Origin: a virus
Length of the DNA: 64,000 nucleotides
IMG/VR virus record: IMGVR_UViG_3300033049_000013
Coordinates: 1-64,000 of that record
Strand: one strand, 5' to 3'
Program-made: the position numbers and the translations under genes
Part shown: positions 20,901 through 31,500 of the stretch, in pieces
How the letters are laid out: each line of letters starts with the position of its first letter
How positions within the stretch are numbered: the stretch's first letter is position 1
Notes under the pieces: model-generated
The model's database searches: none
Seen by the model: only the letters and a program-made list of their open reading frames with translations
Told to the model about the DNA's origin: nothing

Positions 20901-23900
20901 TACAAGCTAAACTAGAGGACTTTGAAGACTTACATAAGCTATGGAGATTTACTACTGATGCTATGGATGATATTTTAGGTAGTAGTTCAGAAGATGGTGA
21001 GATACTAATTAAATCATTGGTAGATGTAGTTAAAGAAGCAGAACTATTATACTATCAAGAGAATACTCCAAAGCAATTAGCTAAGACTATTAAGACGTTA
21101 GATGATGTACGTCTGCATGTACAAAGCTATAAAGAATTATTGAATAGAGCTAAGACAATATTTGATAATGCAACTGGTGAAGAACTAGTAGCTATTAAAT
21201 CACATAAGGATTATAAGCGATTAGATAAGACAATTGCTGCTATTAATGATTTAGAGAATAACTATTTTGATTTAGCTAAAGAGTTGATGGCTGAGAGATT
21301 ATTTAAGTATGCTTCTAAGACTGGACAACAAAGTGTTGACTTACATTTTGCAGCTCAAGAAGATAGATTAAATACCGAAATAGAGAGTTTACAGATTGCT
21401 TTAGAGAATGCTAATTCACCAGAAGAAACTGCTAAGATTACAGCAACTATAGAGAAACGTAAAGCTAGACTAAAGGGTATTAATGTAAAGACTGAAGATT
21501 TAACTATTACTAAGGATTCTATATTAAATCATCTTAATCAACTGCCTTATGACATATCGTACATTCAACGTTATTTACTAGCACCTATTAGTTCTAGTGA
21601 CCATATACTAGCACTATATGCTAAGATGTTGAAGTTTAATATTATGGATGCAGAAATATCTCTACAAAAGAAAGGAGTAGATATGCAAACATTCATTGAT
21701 AACTTCTTAGAAAAATTAGGTAAGAAAAATATAGAGTACGATTCAGAGACATTCTTTGAACCTATATTGGAGACTAGAAATATCTGGGTAACTGTTACCA
21801 ATGAAAACGGAGAACGTGAGAAAGCATTAAGACCGGTAAGCGCTTTAGTAGATGAGTATGGAGTTAGAAAACATACATTAGCTAATGGAGAGTTAGTCGA
21901 ATTAGGATATAAAGAAATTATAAACGACTTTAGATTTAGATTAAATGAATTTAGACGTGATAGTAATTTCGATGAGTATAAGAAGCTTAAGAAGGACTTT
22001 GAATCTTGGATGCGTGATAATATGGAAGATGCCTATGTTAAGGAGTACTACGAATTAGAAAAAGTATGGACTGAGGATAGTATAGGTATTGAAGCTAAGT
22101 TACTTAGAGATGAATTTGATGACCAAATTAATGAAATTAGAAATGATTCAGGTAGTGAATTCGAATTAAATAAAGATGAGAAGCATGAGATTGCTAAACT
22201 TAGGTCTAAGAAAAGAGCTTTAGCTAGTATGTATACTGAATCTGGTAAATTAAAATCACTGGAAGAAATAGCTATTGCTAAGAAAATTCAAAAGTTCAGT
22301 GAACTAAATGTTAAGCTACATGACTTTGACTCTAATTATGACTTGTTTGAACATAAGAAAACCTTATTGATTAAGCATATCCAGGATAAGTATAGAAAGT
22401 TAGGTATAACAATCCCTGCTGAACAGACTCCTGAATACTTTGAATGGCTATCAGAAAATCAAGATACTTATTTAACTGACAAGTTCTATAATCGTTACAA
22501 TAAATTGAAGCTGGAAAGAGACTTACAATTTTATGCTGCGTACCATAAAAACTTAGAGCTGAAGAAGTTCTTAAATTCAAGAGAAGCTGAACGTTCAAAT
22601 GATGTTGACTTTGCCACAAAAGCACAAGAAATATTAAAAGGACAAGGACTTACAGTAGATGATTTACATAAAACAGATGCTCAAAGTATTGAAGTATCTG
22701 AGTTAAATGATAAGATTAATCAATTAATTAAGCCGTATAAGATAGGTAAGTATGTTGATTACTCATTAGTTCCTAAGAGTATATTTGTTAAGATAAAACA
22801 AATACAAAATAAGATACAAAACATTTATGCTGACTCAGACTTTAAATCTTTACCAAAGGAAGAAGCTGACAAGTTACTAAATGCACTAAGTATTAGGAAA
22901 ATATATCAATCTAATTTAGATGATTTCGGTAAGTATGAGCCAACTAACAAGTACTGGAAACACTACTATGAAAATAAAGCTATTGCTGAAGATAAAGGAT
23001 TAGATTTAGAAGATTCAACTTGGTTTAAACGTAATCATATATTTAATCCTAGAACAACACGTAATGAGCCTATTCGTATATGGCAAGAATTATTACATAC
23101 TAAAGCTAGTATATTAGGTACTGAGTCTAATAAGTATAGAGCACAAAAACAAGAAGTATTAAAGTCTTTGATGCTTGAATACCCTGACAGGACTAATTCT
23201 TGGTATAAAGAGAAGCTTAAAAAATCTAAATGGTATACTAAGCACCATGATGTAAGTGGTACTATTAAAAGGAGTTCTAGGTACTTACAAGAAGTAGACC
23301 CTGATAATGTATTTACTAAGGTTAGACCTTCTGCTGCTTATTCTACTTTCAAAGTTAAGGAAAAGTACATTAGAGATACTCAACTTAGTAGAGATGAAAA
23401 TGGCGACTTATTACCTAAGAAAAATAAATGGGTTAATAAGAAGTATAAAGATATTCAGAAAAGCAGTACATGGAAATATGCACATGATAACTTATTAGGA
23501 TTCTTTAAAGATGCACAATCAATTTTACCTCAAGAACATAGAATGGGTAATATACTTCCATTCACTAGAAAAGCTAGTAAAGAGATACTTGCAGGTAAAA
23601 AAGGTATTGTAGAGAAAGCTAAAGCTACTGGTAAATTAATAAAAGAGACCTTATTAATAAGTAATGCATTTGACTTAGAAGATGAAGGAGATAAAACTAT
23701 GTATAACTTATCGTTAGATCATAAGAAAATCCCTATGCCTTTTACTAAATCTAATTATGCAGTACAAGAAGAAGTATCTAAGGATGTTATTTCAGGAGTT
23801 ATGCAATACGTAAAAGCTGCCTATAAACATCAAGCTATAGACGATATGATGTCTGAGACTAGAATGCTAATGTCATTAGTAGACAAACGTGAAGGTCAAG

Positions 23901-25534
23901 ATGGCAAAGGAGTTATACGTAGAGATTCAATGGGTAACAAATTCTTTGATTCTATTGCTAAGAAATTAAATAAAGATAGTGAAGAATTAGTACGAGCTGA
24001 TAAGCAAAGTTTAGCATCAGGATTACTTAAAGATTTTATTGAGATGCAAATATTAGGTGAGATGAATAAGCCTTATGAGATTGCAATTCCTTGGTACGAT
24101 GGTAGTCAAGGTAAACTGAGAGTAGATAAAGTAGTAGACGGCTTTATGCAATACGCTTCTATTACTCAAATTGGTGGACTGAATATGGTTGGTGTACTTA
24201 AAGGTGCAGCTAACTCATTACAAGCTCAATTACAAGTAGCTATAGAGAAATCAGCAGGTAAGTATTTTGATAAGAATTCATGGAGAGATGCAATGAGTTT
24301 CTTTAGAAAATCTAATACTGTAAAAGAAGCTTGGCAAGATTTCGGTAGAGCATTTAATACTACATTGAGTGGTCAGATGCGTTCTATCTATGACCCTATG
24401 CAAGGAGACTTCTTAGACCAATATGGTGCTAAGATAGCTGGTAATAAAATACAACGAATGATGAGTACTAGTACTTGGTTCTTTAATCAATATGCTGGTG
24501 AATTCCAAATAGCTATGGCTTCTATGTATGCACTACAAAATAACTACAAGATTGTAGATGGTGAGGTTTATAATAGAGATGAGTTTATTGAGATGAAACG
24601 AATAGAGGCACTGGATAAGAATGAAGCATTTGGTTTCAGTGAGAAATTGTTTGCAGAGCAGGAATTCAAATCTATTGCTAGTAGTCTAAGGGATGCTTAT
24701 GAACTTAAAGATGGTCATATTTCTATCAAAGAAGGAGTCAATTGGCAAATAGGTTCTAATAGAGATAAAGAAATGAAATCTCGCTTACACGCTATTAATA
24801 AAGCATTACAAGGTAACTATAACTCTTTTGACCAACCGACTATACAACGTAACTGGTTAGGTAGACTTCTTATAATGTATAAGAAATATCTAGTACCAGG
24901 AATGTTAAGAAGATTTGGTGGTATTCGTAGAGATGAAGAGCTTGGTGATTTAACATATGGTTACTATAGAAACTTCTTCAAGTTGATGGTACATGATACA
25001 AAAGCTCTATGGGGTGAGTACTATAACAATGTATTAAAGACAGGATTAACTGCTGGTAAAGCTGGTGGTGATTTTGATAGTAAGTTAAGTGACCTTGAAA
25101 GAGAGAATATACGTAGAGCTGCTAAGGAATTAACTTCATTACTTATGTTATTCATGTTAGTAGCTGTAATGGCTCCAGGAGATGATGAAGATAAGTCTAA
25201 GATTAGTAGTACTAGGTATACAGCATTGTATTTAGCTGAACGATTGAAGAAAGAGGTTTCATCAATGTCACCTAATCCAGTTGGCTTAGTAGCCGATAAC
25301 TGGAAACTATTAAGAAGTCCATCAGCTATTAGTGGATTTGTAGACAGATTCTTAAAATTAATAGTTCAAGTTGGTGACCCAACTGCTACGTATGCTAAAG
25401 ATACTGGAATTGCAGAGAAAGGAGATAATAAATTGTATATTAAAGCAAGAAAATTAATGGGTACATTAGCCTTACCAGGATTTGAACCTACTACTTCAAG
25501 AGAAGCATTCGAAAACTTAAATAGATTTATGTAA
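17909..25534 (+). CDS. giant virion cargo (ejected) protein with PD-(D/E)xK nuclease domain, 2541 aa
   Basis: GTKFH, E, IAGQADVL, IYDFKT and QQLTYA (about 19709-20431). N-terminal APNG-x-x-S...TPKFRQWF..W motif of polyvalent proteins; helical C-terminus with a hydrophobic segment (LTSLLMLFMLVAVM); adjacent to the vRNAP. Confidence 0.8.
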   Translation: MTCKFAPNGEKSKVYNEIIKNFNGKLANEVFVTTHTPKFRQWFRDWRQMADGLVMQDSNSYKSIFTRVQNRMDLITNPITNEPIVFYTKGEVVPLLDVEIDAPLQRLLDILPAEYTSTDSSIEDNYEVDRAFVVTDKYEIGSTPIFIRNNNIVLGNKTDLLRYNNSIIKDKETGTYFLYDTGDAVYAQDGSEIDFNQTTIKDTYGLQIAKSVSNQLDKVSISADDIENTYIFEEGYLATNYANIQLEHTVFETLAPSIVETIFIESPLKFENLYNDLVESIDTHDSIVEEINQLYPNKTLNDKRKDILTNSLISLFKNPINNTVTTYRMNNLYRDFTGELNQVLSGFDVNVTEQSSFADLLADIESTPLNTNTTELGSIVDNMINYEEALGAPVVRDPMDQAVEEFRNLVVFDDSIILDEDGNPVTSPHTGIPEIKHDYYDAITAEHILYSVSDLKKEFDILKFDKVRLFWDKMQIGKYGGSPTAKRDVDYIFNVTDEDGKFNVKETQDKRLAFIKAVLAGDVNKYAERYPFSGELEKLKVKYPMRTETIGDPENDQGYYEDASEEAYVNRLKSIFKDTISIPWHEFMWDLRDWQTRTFVGTKFHRMAEAILREEQDRTDEFRDKDIAILKALDNIPNKIKALNKRIFKIEKEYRGVITPTERSMSVGDKIDALRVQFDKVKAYEAENSKDTTTNNDESGRFQKGYHSYEATLDNIASQFYGLDNQLQLYKDLKDLKAHIKSNGGTIKVEVNLTTDKVINHEGDNIRIAGQADVLVIYENKESVNPDFRGKFEIYDFKTTKWEMADSPLLYSKSTHEGHDTIKGMSPQKQMGHAYQQLTYARAVEVELGFEFKDAYIVPVYIPYVNARTFKMVGTKSKPFGIPFTEHGKLEGDSDLVVNIRSFKGATVMEHGVKVRYLSFNELQELTKRRIPSGTTYDGKEAKANQSTAETKLEERTSRRKKSQVDELISDIEKYIQRRIDAIKVTDSKESRSKLKGLQAKLEDFEDLHKLWRFTTDAMDDILGSSSEDGEILIKSLVDVVKEAELLYYQENTPKQLAKTIKTLDDVRLHVQSYKELLNRAKTIFDNATGEELVAIKSHKDYKRLDKTIAAINDLENNYFDLAKELMAERLFKYASKTGQQSVDLHFAAQEDRLNTEIESLQIALENANSPEETAKITATIEKRKARLKGINVKTEDLTITKDSILNHLNQLPYDISYIQRYLLAPISSSDHILALYAKMLKFNIMDAEISLQKKGVDMQTFIDNFLEKLGKKNIEYDSETFFEPILETRNIWVTVTNENGEREKALRPVSALVDEYGVRKHTLANGELVELGYKEIINDFRFRLNEFRRDSNFDEYKKLKKDFESWMRDNMEDAYVKEYYELEKVWTEDSIGIEAKLLRDEFDDQINEIRNDSGSEFELNKDEKHEIAKLRSKKRALASMYTESGKLKSLEEIAIAKKIQKFSELNVKLHDFDSNYDLFEHKKTLLIKHIQDKYRKLGITIPAEQTPEYFEWLSENQDTYLTDKFYNRYNKLKLERDLQFYAAYHKNLELKKFLNSREAERSNDVDFATKAQEILKGQGLTVDDLHKTDAQSIEVSELNDKINQLIKPYKIGKYVDYSLVPKSIFVKIKQIQNKIQNIYADSDFKSLPKEEADKLLNALSIRKIYQSNLDDFGKYEPTNKYWKHYYENKAIAEDKGLDLEDSTWFKRNHIFNPRTTRNEPIRIWQELLHTKASILGTESNKYRAQKQEVLKSLMLEYPDRTNSWYKEKLKKSKWYTKHHDVSGTIKRSSRYLQEVDPDNVFTKVRPSAAYSTFKVKEKYIRDTQLSRDENGDLLPKKNKWVNKKYKDIQKSSTWKYAHDNLLGFFKDAQSILPQEHRMGNILPFTRKASKEILAGKKGIVEKAKATGKLIKETLLISNAFDLEDEGDKTMYNLSLDHKKIPMPFTKSNYAVQEEVSKDVISGVMQYVKAAYKHQAIDDMMSETRMLMSLVDKREGQDGKGVIRRDSMGNKFFDSIAKKLNKDSEELVRADKQSLASGLLKDFIEMQILGEMNKPYEIAIPWYDGSQGKLRVDKVVDGFMQYASITQIGGLNMVGVLKGAANSLQAQLQVAIEKSAGKYFDKNSWRDAMSFFRKSNTVKEAWQDFGRAFNTTLSGQMRSIYDPMQGDFLDQYGAKIAGNKIQRMMSTSTWFFNQYAGEFQIAMASMYALQNNYKIVDGEVYNRDEFIEMKRIEALDKNEAFGFSEKLFAEQEFKSIASSLRDAYELKDGHISIKEGVNWQIGSNRDKEMKSRLHAINKALQGNYNSFDQPTIQRNWLGRLLIMYKKYLVPGMLRRFGGIRRDEELGDLTYGYYRNFFKLMVHDTKALWGEYYNNVLKTGLTAGKAGGDFDSKLSDLERENIRRAAKELTSLLMLFMLVAVMAPGDDEDKSKISSTRYTALYLAERLKKEVSSMSPNPVGLVADNWKLLRSPSAISGFVDRFLKLIVQVGDPTATYAKDTGIAEKGDNKLYIKARKLMGTLALPGFEPTTSREAFENLNRFM

Positions 25535-25540
25535 ATAATA

Positions 25541-25570
25541 GGGGAAACTTAATCGTTTCCCCATTTTTAT
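25541..25570. terminator. terminator between convergent transcription units (probably bidirectional)
   Basis: GGGGAAAC-TTAATC-GTTTCCCC flanked by A/T tracts, in the 36-bp gap between convergent giant genes. Confidence 0.8.
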
Positions 25571-28500
25571 TTATAATTTATAACATCCACGTGTCAAGTC
25601 AACTAAATCGGCTTGTGTACCACTTCTAAGTAATACAGTAGGAGCACCCAAACTAATATCACCTTTAATACTTGAGATAACCCTTTCAATAATAGGTTTA
25701 ATTTCAGTCTTATTAAGTGATTCTGAGTTACGTTCTAAGAAATCCTTATATTGGTCTACAGTAAAATTAGCAACTAAGAAGTAATCTTTCTTAAACTCTT
25801 TAAGAAACTTATTAACAACAGCATAATCTGCTTTATCATTAAACTTCTTCTTACCTAATACTCCACCATATTTCTTAAGCTCACCATATAAAGTCTTGGC
25901 ATTCTCAATTACAGGAGTTTGATATAACAACTGCATATCTTCTATAGTATCTACAGGTTCTACAGGTTTAATTTCATCTAGATTATTTTCAGTAAATTCT
26001 AGTTCTAATTGTTTCTCAACTTGTTCTTCTACTTCAGTCTTAGTTATCTTAACATCAGCTAATCGTAATCCTTTAATTCCTACGTCAGCTAATACTATAT
26101 CCAGCTTACCAAATATATTACGAACTATCTGTTTATGGTCTTTATTATCCCAATCAGGAGTTCTTAAAGCATCTACAATGTTACTAGGTATAATTTCTCC
26201 AGACCTAACAGCAGTTAATATTTCAACTCTAGTAGCTCTCCATACTCCCAATATACTAGCTAGTGTTGGAGCTGAACCATAGTCTAATATAGTTTTCTTA
26301 CTATTTATTACTGCAAGTACTTCAGCATCAGTATATTCTTTGTCTTTCTTTATAGCTTTCTTTTTAACTTTAGGCTTAGGCTTAACTTTAACTACCTCAT
26401 CGACTGGCTTATCATCCTTAATTTTAGGTTTCTTAATCTCAGGTTCAATTTCAATTTCAGTCTCAGTCTTCGCACTCTTAGCTTGCTCTATAATACTATC
26501 CTTAGTATTAGCTATATCGTCGTTTAAGCCCATAAAAATAGAGTTGTTCTCAAACATACTACTAGTTGTAGGGACTTCCATAAACGGTAAAATAGCTTTA
26601 ATACTAGTTACATTTTCAGGCTTAGGTAAACTAACTCCAATATTACCTTCAGTTAATCCATTCTTTAGTAATGAATTCTTTAATCTAGCACCTGAGTTAA
26701 AATCTAATCCTTTAATAATCTGTATAGCTTTACCAGTATTTTTATCTGCTACTTTCAATATAAGAGAATGAGCGTCTAATTTATTACTTCTAATAGAAGC
26801 AAAGTCTACTTCTAACTGAGTTACAGTAGGTCCAAACTTAGCAGGTACTTTAAAGAATAAACCATCTTTACTATCTAATAGAGTATTGATTTCTTTTCTT
26901 AATGCTCCGATTGATTCTGCATTACTTAAATCAATTTCCTGATTATTAAATACATCAATAATATTAGTAATTTTAGTAGCAAAACTATCTAATTCCTCTT
27001 TATTAGCATTACGTGGCTTTAAAGCAATAGGTCTCACTTTATTATTAAGGTCTTTAACTAACATCCAATAACGATTACGCTTACTACTCAATAAATCTGT
27101 AGTAACAACATCCTCTAAATAGCCTCCTATACTAGGGTCATTTATGTCATCTAAACTATGTCCTAATATAGACGTAGCAGATAGACTATTCTTCTCACTT
27201 GGCGAGTCTTCTAAGTCGTAGTTAAATTTATTATCAACAATAATAATCTTACCGTCAATTAAGAACTTCTCCATCTCAGGTCGTATCTCTTTACCATCAT
27301 AGAAGTATTCATCCATGTTGATTCGCTTATTATTATCGTACTCGAAGTCTATACTACCACCAGATACATTGAAGTTTACTAGTTGTTTTAACATCTCAGG
27401 TTCTAATATTGTCTCTGAGTAACCAACTTTGTTATAAATATCTAAGAACTCTTCAAATAACTTAGCTTGCTTGTTAGAACTATCACCAAATGCTTTTAAA
27501 TCTTCATAAGTTAATGTACCACCATTCTTATCTGAATACAATACATTGAATTCATCTAGTATCTCTTGTTGTTCATCAGATGTAGTAGCTAAATCGTATG
27601 CTTTTAACATAACTCCAGGATGATATACCTTATCAGTAGTCTTATCACCTTTAACTTTATGATAGATGTTAGGATTATTAGGATGCCCTGTGTAATACCA
27701 ATCAGGACTATCAGTAGTACCTAAATTAATCTCCATAGCTATATCTAAGTCCATCCAGTTATGAATACCAATGAAGTCCTCTCCTGATGCAACCTTAACA
27801 GGATTAGCATGAAGTAATCCTTGTTCTAATTTCTTAGATGGGTCATCATTCAATTCATTAGCTAATGCTTTATTAACGTTAACTGAGATGTCTTTCTTCA
27901 ATCTAAATCTAACATGGTCTTCTAATTTAAGTCCTTTGGCTTTCAAGTCCCATAAGAATTTAGTAAGTACTGCCTTAGTATTAATAGCTACTTTACTATC
28001 CAATTCTATATTATATAGTTCTTCAGCAAAGCCTTTAATCATATCTTCAACCTCTGCATCTGTATAAGTAGAGTTACCATTGATGTCATCTTTGGCAAGC
28101 TTATCTATCTTGTTCATTACTATTGCAGGAATCTGTCTATATTTCTTACCAAAGTAATTTTTAACTTCATTCTTAATCTTCTTATCATTAGCTTTAGTCT
28201 CCGAGTACATCAATTCACCATATGCATTACTTAGAATACCTGTTAAGTAATCTTTAGGTAACTTCTGAGTCTTATCATAACGATGAATATACATCTTAGT
28301 TATGTAATCGGGAGTATATAGATTCTCTCTAAATGCTCTATTAGTTGTATTCAAAGCTTGAAAGTCATATATATCATCCTTATTTACTTCAATACGATTC
28401 TTAGCCTCATTAGCAGTCTTAAATGGTATCAATACATAACTATCATCTTCCTCTGATATTACCTCATACAGTGTATCGTACTTAGCTTTACTAACTTTAG

Positions 28501-31500
28501 TTAATTCAACTCCATTCTTAAATTTAATTAGTTGTACTAACTTTCTCTTAATATTAAAGTCACCTTCAGTGTCAGAATCCTTAGCTCCTAATGATTCATT
28601 ATAGTCATTTATATTTGCATTGTAAGCATCAATAAATACCTTATCAAATGTATTCTGAATATTCTGAATCATTACATATTGACGATTATTTAAAGCTACT
28701 TCTTTAACTTCTTCAGCCGTCTTATTATTCTTAAAGAATAGTTCTGTTCTAGGTTTAGATCTAGTAATCTTAGAGAAATTAGTTAAGATAGCACTAACTG
28801 CTCCACTTATACTTTCAACTTCTTGTAATGATGTTACAGCTCCTAATTCTAAAGCATTATCTAATACTAAGTCATTTATAGAGTTCTCTAGAATAGCTAA
28901 TAAATTATTATATTGCTCTTCCGAAAACTTAGAAGCAAAGTTATCTATATTTAGTATATCTATTCCAGTAGCCACATCTTCTAAAAGTAATTTACTTACT
29001 TTATTATTTAATAATGTAATTAGTTTAGACTGCTCAATAGAATCAGTTACTAGTTCATTAATTTGGCGACCTAATGGAGCTAACTCACTGATTTGTAATG
29101 CCTCATCAATATCTTCAATAATTGTCTCAGTTAAAGGAACTTCATTCTCAGTATTTAATAATGCAATACGCTCATCTAATGTAGTAGCTAATTCTTGTAT
29201 TAACTCTGCATTAAGACCCGATGACATAATGTTTCTACGAATAATCTCATCTAAGAAAGTTGGACTAGTAGAAGTCTCTATAAGTCCAATGTACTCTTGA
29301 TTCAAATCTGAGTCTACATTAACTACTAAACCTTCACCTTTTAATCGAAGGAATTTCTCCACAGTCATGTGCTCTATGTTATCATTATTATATGTAGGAT
29401 TTAAAGGATGTTGTAATTCAATTAATCCATCTGGATTAACACCTAATAGCATTAAATCCAATCCTTCTATATTATATCGACCAGGTGTAACATCATTAAC
29501 TCCTGTTACTGTAGGTATAATATATGGTGCATGTTTATCTAGTATGTTTGTTAATTCATCTAACTTAGAGAATCCAGTAACACTAGATATAAATTCTACT
29601 ATCAATCCTTTTAATCTTTCCCATAAACTAATCTCACCTTTCTGTTCACTATCATCTCTACCTACTTTTGATTTAATAGTATGAAGGTATGAAGCAAACT
29701 CTTTTTGAGAGAAAGCTTGAGTTATTAATTCTTCTAATCCATTCCTATCACCTAATACTTCTGTTGCTTTCTTAATGTACTCTAATGCATCATATGCCCC
29801 TGCATACATACGTTCTTCTGTTACATTTTCAGTAGCTTGAGCATTGGCAATTTTACTATCTAAGTCTTTAAGTAAGTTACTTAATACTTCAGGTACAGTT
29901 TTACCATCATTTAAACTAAGTATGAAGCGCTTTAAATCAATTACAAACTGTGTAGACTCCTTAGTCTTATTTGGTATCTCATTACGCAATACTACATGAA
30001 TTGCTTCATGTACTAATAGTTCTTTAAAATAACTCAAACTATGAGGTCTTACAGTATCATTAAGTTGAAATACAATAGTATTACTATCTGGTGTAAAGTA
30101 AGCTGGTGTATTAGGGTCTAATTTAATGTTAGCAGGTATCTTATCTACTATTGAGATCTTAGTACCATATTTAATTAAACTGTCTAATAGAGGGCTATAT
30201 TCATCTACTATAGATAATAGAGAACCCCCATCTTCTGACTTGAATTCTATTAGCTTATCTTTAAATATCTGAGCATCTATAGCACCTGTTTCATCTAATA
30301 GAGATTTAATAACCTCCATAAATTCTACTACTCGTTTTCTTTCTTTGACATTCTTATCTCTAGATAATCTATTAACTACATTATCATCACCTTTTCCGTC
30401 TTTACCTTTATCTTTATCATCTTTATCATCTTTCTTCTCTACGTCTTCTGGCTTAACTTCTTCTTCATCAGACTTAGTTTTAGATAAAGCTGCTTCTGCT
30501 TCCTCAGCTATCTTACCCCAATACTTTGTAGAAGCTGCTATGAAGTTTTTTCTACCCTTAACTGAAGTCATTTCTTTAAATGCATCTTCTGCACTAGTAA
30601 CATCGGCTTGGGCAGTATACACTTGAGCATACTGGTCTTTCAGTTTATCTTGAGTATTAGTACGAATCATATTAATATTATCCGTTAATTGCTTCTTAGC
30701 TACGGCTAATGATTCCTTAGATGCATTCTCTAAGTCTTGTCCTGGTGTTAAGTATGAAGATAATGAATCCTTAATTAATTGACTTTTCTCAGCACCAATT
30801 TGTTTCTCTTGATTCTGATAATTAGATTTTAATCCTGCTAAACGTTCTTTAGTTTTAGCTAACAGTTTACTATCTATTTGAGCTGTAGTAAGTCCTATCT
30901 CTTTTGCTAATGTAGGATTAAGTACTCTAAGAGTCTCTAAGTATTGATGATACTCCTCACCTTCTAAGTCTTCTCCAACTTCTAGCATAGCAATAGATTG
31001 TCTTAAACCTTCTTGCTTTTGTGTCAGTTTAACTGATTGTTCTAATCCAGTTACATTTCCTTGCAACTTATTTACTTCATCATTGATTTCAGACTCATGT
31101 TCCTTTAAAGTCTCTAAATGTTTGTTTAGTTTCTTTCTAGAACTAAGTATATTACCTTTCATCAAGAAAGCAGATTTGGCATACTGATGTGACTCAGCAT
31201 CTCCATAATCAAAACGATTAGAAATATCTTTATAGATTTTATCCATCTCCTTGATGGTATCTATAGCTTCCTGAGCTTTAACAACATAACCATTGTCTGT
31301 AGCATCTTCTGCCAGACCCATTGACTGAGCTTTAGTTGTAGTAGTTTTAGCTAAACTTTGTAATTGTTTTACTTGTTCAGTTAATTTCTCAATTTTAGAT
31401 TCACTAGGATTTTCTGATGCTGCTTCTTCTTGAATTTGAGCTTGTATATTCTCTGCTTCTTTTAATGCTTGTTCAGATATACTAGTCTTATTATTTGTAT

